Below, one piece after another: positions 44,788 through 49,606 of a stretch of DNA of 49,606 nucleotides. Numbering within the stretch: position 1 is the first letter of the stretch; the number at the start of each line of letters is the position of its first letter. Source of the stretch: an uncultured Vicinamibacteraceae bacterium (GTDB lineage: Bacteria > Acidobacteriota > Vicinamibacteria > Vicinamibacterales > UBA8438). The position numbers and the translations under genes were made by a program. The notes beneath the pieces are model-generated. The model ran no database searches, had not been told where the DNA came from, and saw only the letters and a program-made list of their open reading frames with translations. The stretch lies in NCBI GenBank assembly GCA_964634175.1, contig CAZWIL010000002.1, forward strand, positions 1 to 49,606. Direction: 5' to 3'.

Positions 44788-45795
44788 CTATTCTGAGGCT
44801 AGAGCATCTGCTGAGGTCACACCGTACGTGGCGAACCAAGAACTGGCCGCCTGGAGTCTCTCGTTGACATTGCCAATATTCGTTGTGCCTTCGGTCTCAA
44901 GCCATCGGCGGAACGCGTCCACTCCATCCTTTGCGTAGACCGGAATACCATTTTTCCAAGTCGCCCGCCCGCACAAGACACCGGCCCACTGGACTTCAGA
45001 CTGCGCGGCCATCTCAAGCGATTCTGTGAATTCTTCATTGCTGACGCCAGCGGAAAGATAAATAAAAGGCTTCGTCGCCGCCGCTCGAAAATGGTCAAGG
45101 GCTTCAGTTTTACCATAAGCCGTCTGCCCCGTATGACTCGCACTTCCGTCAACGAATTTCATGTTGACCGGAATCTCGACCTTCATGACGTCCACCCCGT
45201 ACCGATCTTGAGTGAACTCCGCCATGCTCCCTGCAACAACTTCCGGTTTGATCTTGGCAAATTCCAAGCCCTTTTCGTCGCCGCCATCGACGTCGTAAGC
45301 AACAAACTCCAAGAAAAATGGGATGTCGTTGGTTCGACATTCGTCACCGATACGTTCAACAAACGCGTGCTTTTCTTGGTTGACTTCCGCTGTGTCACGT
45401 GGTGTGTAGTAGAGCAAAACCTTCACGCAGTTGGCACCTGCCTCCTTCAACCGACGAACCGACCATAGGGGCAATAAATCCGGCAACCTACCCGGACGTG
45501 TGTTGTCATACCCACTTTCTTCATACGCCAACAACAACCCTGCGTTTGTACTCCGCTTTTTTGAGGGCTCAATTCCCCATTGCGGGTCAAGTAATATCGC
45601 TGATGCATGCGGAGTTAACACTTCGGTTACAGCGCCTTTAAACTCCTCCATCATGGTATCGCTGACATCATGGCCGCTCTCTTTGGCGAGTGCTTTCTTA
45701 AGTGAACCCCGTTGGTCCATCGCTGCAGCGGCAATGGTGCCTGACTCGGTTGACACGGCCTTTAGGCCCGCAAGTTTTCCTGGTGTGATCTTCAC
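44788..45795 (-). CDS. LacD-family class I aldolase (tagatose-1,6-bisphosphate aldolase / YihT-like)
   Basis: Collinear similarity to LacD as I recall it: AAAMDQRGSLKKAL, ILLDPQWG, GLLLAYEESGYD, RLPDLL, LKEAGANCVKVLLYY, ERIGDEC, IPFFLEF, DVMKVEIPVNMKFV, YLSAGVS, GVLCGRATW. GTG start. Confidence 0.8.
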   Translation of the reverse strand: MKITPGKLAGLKAVSTESGTIAAAAMDQRGSLKKALAKESGHDVSDTMMEEFKGAVTEVLTPHASAILLDPQWGIEPSKKRSTNAGLLLAYEESGYDNTRPGRLPDLLPLWSVRRLKEAGANCVKVLLYYTPRDTAEVNQEKHAFVERIGDECRTNDIPFFLEFVAYDVDGGDEKGLEFAKIKPEVVAGSMAEFTQDRYGVDVMKVEIPVNMKFVDGSASHTGQTAYGKTEALDHFRAAATKPFIYLSAGVSNEEFTESLEMAAQSEVQWAGVLCGRATWKNGIPVYAKDGVDAFRRWLETEGTTNIGNVNERLQAASSWFATYGVTSADALASE

Positions 45796-45991
45796 AATCC
45801 TTATATCTCCTGTGGGTAGTCTTTTTTAATTGAATAGAACGCCATACTTTAACGCAATCAGCTGGCCACCATACCTAAAATCGTTCGGCTAAACTCTAAA
45901 GACGAGTTAATCTTAGAAGTATGGCAGCCGTTCCGACTCTTACCCGGAACAGAATCAGCCGAACACTCCCAGCATTCGATTAGACAGATAA

Positions 45992-48211
45992 ATGAAAATC
46001 GTGGCCCCACGCACACTGGCTCGAAATTGGCTAACCATCATATTGTCCATCCTGTTTGTTACGGCTAGTCCTAGTTGGGCCCAAACGAGCGACCTGCATC
46101 TTCCCCCACCCACATTTACCGACGCTACTGACGCCTTGCAGGCCGGACGGTTCCGCGAAGCCTTGGCGATACTCGGCGGTCAACTCGAGTCAACGGCCAC
46201 CGAAGACCTGCCGCTTGAAGCACTTGTTCTACGGGCCACACTTTACGGACACCTCGGTTACTCCCAAGAGTCCATAACGGATTGGCAGACGGTAATCGAC
46301 CGGGCGGTGTGGATGCGGACGTTTGCCAGGCGAGCTCTGGTGAAGACTCTTGCTGGCCGAGATCTTGCCAAACAATCCGAATCAATTCTTTCAGACCTTA
46401 CACGTGAAGACCTAAATCGACATCTTGATGTCACATTGATCGTAGCTGACGCATACCGAAACACCGGTGACACTCTGGCGGCGCGGCGCCTTTATCGCCA
46501 AGTGGTGAACCGCCAGCCTCGTGGTCCTTTAGGCGACGATGGACGTTTGGGTATTGCTGCCAGTTGGGAACAAGAGGGTGATGTAGCTTCGGCAATTGTT
46601 GCCTTGCACGAGACCAAACTTCACCACAGTCGGCCGACCACATTCGAAGTTGCTTTAACGTCGGAACGCCGCCTTGTGGCTCAACACGGCGTTGCACCTC
46701 GCGAATTTACGGGAACACAATATCGCACCCTGGCACGTAGATTACGAAGCGCGTCTCGGTTCGAGCTAGCACGTGAGTTGATCAACAACTGGCGTAATTT
46801 CAGCACTTTTGATCAACAACAAGATCAAATTGAAGCCGAGTGGATCGCTACCCTTTATGCGCAGCGGGCCAATGAAGAAGGCGTCACGGCCTGCCAGAAG
46901 TTCTACGAAACATTTCCTCAAAGCCCGCTGCTCCCGAGTATCCGTCTAACTGACTTCAGACTCGCCGTACGTATGGTCGACACCGACCGTGCCAAACGCA
47001 GTGGTTTGAACATATGGGAGGGTCGGATCCCCAGCGTATCACCAGCTCAACGCCGAAGCGCCGCCACCCTTCTCGCGGCATATTTGGTAGCTGTCGGAGA
47101 TATCACCGACGGCCTTGACCTCTACCGAGAACTTTTCACGTCAGCACAATCGGCCGACGAAGAGCGAGCGATGCTTTGGAGGGCTGGCGTCGCAGCTCTG
47201 CGAATTGGTCAGACCGAACGGGCTCTTGTAAACCTTCGCAGCTTAATCGATCGTAATCCCAGCGGTGAACTTGTGCCTGCGGGACTCTACTGGCTTGGCG
47301 TTGCGGAACTTCACGGTAATACTGAAGCTGGAATCCAGACTCTAAAATCTGTCGCAACACGCTTTCCGTATCACTACTACGGCATTCGCGCTCAAGAGAG
47401 ATTAAAAGTTTTAACAGATAACACCGACACTGTTGGCGGAGCGACCCTGACATTTCCGCCATTATCAGTAACCCGGCAAACGACAGACCGTGCGGAGTAC
47501 CGTGCGGCAATGACCCTTGCACGCGCCGGGCTCATTGATGACGCGGCCTGGTATCTTCGCCGCTTACTGTCCGGAAAAGACAACAAGGGACTGGCATTAT
47601 TGGCCGCGAGAGCCTCGGCACAGGCAAACAGTTACGCCAATGTGGGGAGAATCTTAGTCAATCACTTTGGTCCGTTTCTTCAACGACCCTCACTTGGACT
47701 TCCGGATGACTTCTGGCGCCTAGTTTACCCTCGCCCATTTTGGGACACCGTAACTGAGTCAGGGACGAACCATGCCGTTGACCCGTTCTTGCTCGTATCA
47801 TTGATGCGGCAGGAATCACGCTTTGATCCGAATGCCCGTTCAAACGTCGGTGCCATCGGCCTATTTCAGATCATGACCTACACTGCTGAGGCTCTAGCTC
47901 ATCGAGCTGGTGTGCCGAACGTACTCGACAACGGTTCAGTCAACGAATTGACTCTCGCTCACCCGGCCGTAAACTCAGCCATTGCGGCAAGATTAACTGC
48001 CGACCTACTTGCCATATTTGATGGCGCAAATGCTCCAGTGGCCGCTTCTTATAACGCGGGGGAAGATCGAGTAGCCGTTTGGTGGACTGCGGCCAGTGGC
48101 GTACCAGAGGATTTCTTCGTCGATACGATCCCTTACTCTGAGACACGACGCTTCGTGCGAGAAGTTCTCGCTAACCGATCAGCCTATGAACGCGTCTACG
48201 GTGGTCAATAA
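45992..48211 (+). CDS. Soluble lytic murein transglycosylase (Slt70-like: superhelical N-domain plus SLT domain)
   Basis: Signal peptide and a long TPR-like helical region. C-terminal LLVSLMRQESRFDPNARSNVGAIGLFQIM...ASYNAGEDRV is the SLT catalytic motif. Confidence 0.85.
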   Translation: MKIVAPRTLARNWLTIILSILFVTASPSWAQTSDLHLPPPTFTDATDALQAGRFREALAILGGQLESTATEDLPLEALVLRATLYGHLGYSQESITDWQTVIDRAVWMRTFARRALVKTLAGRDLAKQSESILSDLTREDLNRHLDVTLIVADAYRNTGDTLAARRLYRQVVNRQPRGPLGDDGRLGIAASWEQEGDVASAIVALHETKLHHSRPTTFEVALTSERRLVAQHGVAPREFTGTQYRTLARRLRSASRFELARELINNWRNFSTFDQQQDQIEAEWIATLYAQRANEEGVTACQKFYETFPQSPLLPSIRLTDFRLAVRMVDTDRAKRSGLNIWEGRIPSVSPAQRRSAATLLAAYLVAVGDITDGLDLYRELFTSAQSADEERAMLWRAGVAALRIGQTERALVNLRSLIDRNPSGELVPAGLYWLGVAELHGNTEAGIQTLKSVATRFPYHYYGIRAQERLKVLTDNTDTVGGATLTFPPLSVTRQTTDRAEYRAAMTLARAGLIDDAAWYLRRLLSGKDNKGLALLAARASAQANSYANVGRILVNHFGPFLQRPSLGLPDDFWRLVYPRPFWDTVTESGTNHAVDPFLLVSLMRQESRFDPNARSNVGAIGLFQIMTYTAEALAHRAGVPNVLDNGSVNELTLAHPAVNSAIAARLTADLLAIFDGANAPVAASYNAGEDRVAVWWTAASGVPEDFFVDTIPYSETRRFVREVLANRSAYERVYGGQ

Positions 48212-49606
48212 CCCATCGCGGTACTGCCGGCTCTCCGCCGGTCCGGGGCCCCTTCAAGCACATCGGCAGTAACGTCGTATCGAATAGCCTGAGCCGCCCC
48301 CTGACTTTCAACTACTTGGAGACGATGACCTTGTGATTCAAGGAGAGCTACCGTGTCAGGTGATAGACCATGACGTTCGTGACTAATACGATCAGGCAGC
48401 CACTGATGATGAAATCTGGGTGCGTCAACAGCTTCTTGAATATTCATGCCGAAATCGATGACGTTAACGATTGTCTGCAACACGGTGTTGATGATCGTCC
48501 GACCACCAGGACTCCCCGTAACCATAAAGAGGTTACCGCCCTTTTCGACGATGGTCGGTGTCATGCTTGAAAGCATGCGTTTCCCAGGTCTGGCAAGATT
48601 GGGTTCAGTGCCGATGCGTCCCTCTGCATCAGTCATATCCGGCCCAGGATTAAAGTCCCCCATCTCGTTGTTCAGTAAGAAACCGGCCCCGGGAACAACA
48701 ATTTTTGAGCCATAAAGTTGCTCAAGCGTATAAGTCAACGACACCGCTTGTCGGTCGGAATCAACAACTGATAAATGGGTCGTCTCGGCACCTTCAATGG
48801 GCCACTCAAATGAAACAGGTGAAGAACTAGAGGCACGGTCCAGTTGAATGGTGGCACGCAACCGTTCAGCATATGACTTAGATGACAACAGAGAAATTGG
48901 CATCGTGGGATTAAACTTTGGGTCGCCGAGATAACGAGCGCGGTCAGCAAAGGCGCGCCTCATTGCCTCGACCATAACGTGAACGGTCCGCGCCGACCCG
49001 AAACCAAATTCGGCTAGCCCATAACCTTCCAAAATATTAAGCATTTGAACAAGCGCGGTTCCACCAGAGCTAATAGGCGGCATTGAAATAATCTCGTGCC
49101 CCCGATAAGTCGTTCGTACAGGTGTGGTGCGATGAGACCGATAGTTCGCCAAGTCACGGCGTGTGATCAAACCGCCGTTTGCCCTCATTTCTGCTTCAAT
49201 CAACTGAGCGGTCCGACCACTATAAAATCCTGACGGCCCCTGGATTCCAATCCGCTCGAGTGTGCTGGCGAGCTCTTCTTGCCGGAAACGTTCCCCCACT
49301 TGGTAAGGTTCACCGCCATTGGAAAACTGCTGAAACGAAGCGTCGTATTGAGCCATCCTTGGAAGCACCGCAGCTAAAGAGGCAGCCAAATCGTGGGATA
49401 CGATGAATCCGTTGCGAGCAAGATCAATAGCAGGGTCCAAAAGGCGTTGCCACGAAAGTCGACCATGGTCGGACCACGCTAGATACAACCCGGCAACGGT
49501 ACCTGGCACACCGACAGCAATGTGACTGTTGTGATGACGCGTACTGTCGTAAACTCCATCAATTAAGAACATAGATGGCGACGAAGCAGCGGGAGCCATT
49601 TCACGA
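48205..49606 (-). CDS. ggt: Gamma-glutamyltranspeptidase, partial (N-terminus beyond the right edge)
   Basis: GAETTHLSVVD autoprocessing Thr context, PGAGFLLNNEMGDF, SSMTPTIV and GSPGGRTII. The reading frame is still open upstream of the track's Met at 49599, and about 120 N-terminal residues appear to be missing relative to typical GGTs. The 3' end overlaps the convergent Slt gene by 7 nt. Confidence 0.88.
   Translation of the reverse strand, partial: REMAPAASSPSMFLIDGVYDSTRHHNSHIAVGVPGTVAGLYLAWSDHGRLSWQRLLDPAIDLARNGFIVSHDLAASLAAVLPRMAQYDASFQQFSNGGEPYQVGERFRQEELASTLERIGIQGPSGFYSGRTAQLIEAEMRANGGLITRRDLANYRSHRTTPVRTTYRGHEIISMPPISSGGTALVQMLNILEGYGLAEFGFGSARTVHVMVEAMRRAFADRARYLGDPKFNPTMPISLLSSKSYAERLRATIQLDRASSSSPVSFEWPIEGAETTHLSVVDSDRQAVSLTYTLEQLYGSKIVVPGAGFLLNNEMGDFNPGPDMTDAEGRIGTEPNLARPGKRMLSSMTPTIVEKGGNLFMVTGSPGGRTIINTVLQTIVNVIDFGMNIQEAVDAPRFHHQWLPDRISHERHGLSPDTVALLESQGHRLQVVESQGAAQAIRYDVTADVLEGAPDRRRAGSTAMGY

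Noticed and set aside
1-49606. Search by eye for CRISPR arrays, tRNA/rRNA genes, IS elements, toxin-antitoxin pairs or defence-system genes (nucleases, helicases, ATPases)
   Set aside because: No spaced direct repeats, no cloverleaf-like or rRNA-like segments in the intergenic regions, and no such protein motifs were found. The absence is based on visual inspection only. tRNAscan, Infernal or defence-system HMM scans would be decisive.

Overview
This is a 49.6-kb chromosomal window from a diderm bacterium. The diderm call rests on outer-membrane beta-barrels ending in Phe, lipoproteins and Tat/Sec signals. Planctomycete/PVC-type haem-binding modules are present. I made about 50 CDS calls and saw no rRNA, tRNA, CRISPR array, transposase or integrase by eye.

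Layout, left to right:
- (i) A NUDIX gene truncated at the left edge, divergent from a tannase-family esterase and pepD.
- (ii) A di-haem cytochrome c plus PQQ alcohol-dehydrogenase cassette (3569..6044). It recurs as a diverged, inverted paralogous cassette at 19722..22155.
- (iii) Between the two cassettes, an exported redox and hydrolase neighbourhood: FmdB Zn-ribbon, SGNH hydrolase, MBL hydrolase, amicyanin-like cupredoxin lipoprotein, Tat-exported PhoX-family protein, an ~870-bp gene-poor gap, two tandem paralogues of a haem-c-fused PHM/DBH-like copper monooxygenase with a coupled His-rich/PKD protein, a lipoprotein, an alpha/beta hydrolase, an SSS transporter and a DUF218 protein.
- (iv) Housekeeping genes: amidase, GerMN, rph, rdgB.
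- (v) A co-directional Pho supra-operon: porin-pstSCAB-phoU-phoB-phoR.
- (vi) TetR plus a class V aminotransferase, an OM barrel and an M23 peptidase.
- (vii) A Cld-like / Nramp-like / PanE-like / frc operon.
- (viii) A cupin, a PAS-GAF sensor, a LacD-like aldolase, a lytic transglycosylase and a partial ggt.

Most interesting: the tandem cytochrome-c-fused copper monooxygenase-like genes (11713..15440). I know of no characterised member with this fusion. About 400 nt upstream sits a triple 11-bp-phased repeat of the same type found in front of pstS, the porin and the PhoX-like gene, which I read as putative PhoB boxes.

Secondary observations:
- D-x-D (lanthanide-type) signatures in both PQQ dehydrogenases.
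- Leaderless-type promoters, including a 22-bp divergent intergenic region.
- Twin TTGACCGGTC(A/T)A palindromes flanking the TetR gene.
- A translationally coupled Cld-like/Nramp-like pair that lacks the canonical metal-binding motifs.

All functional calls come from motif recognition by eye. No searches were run.
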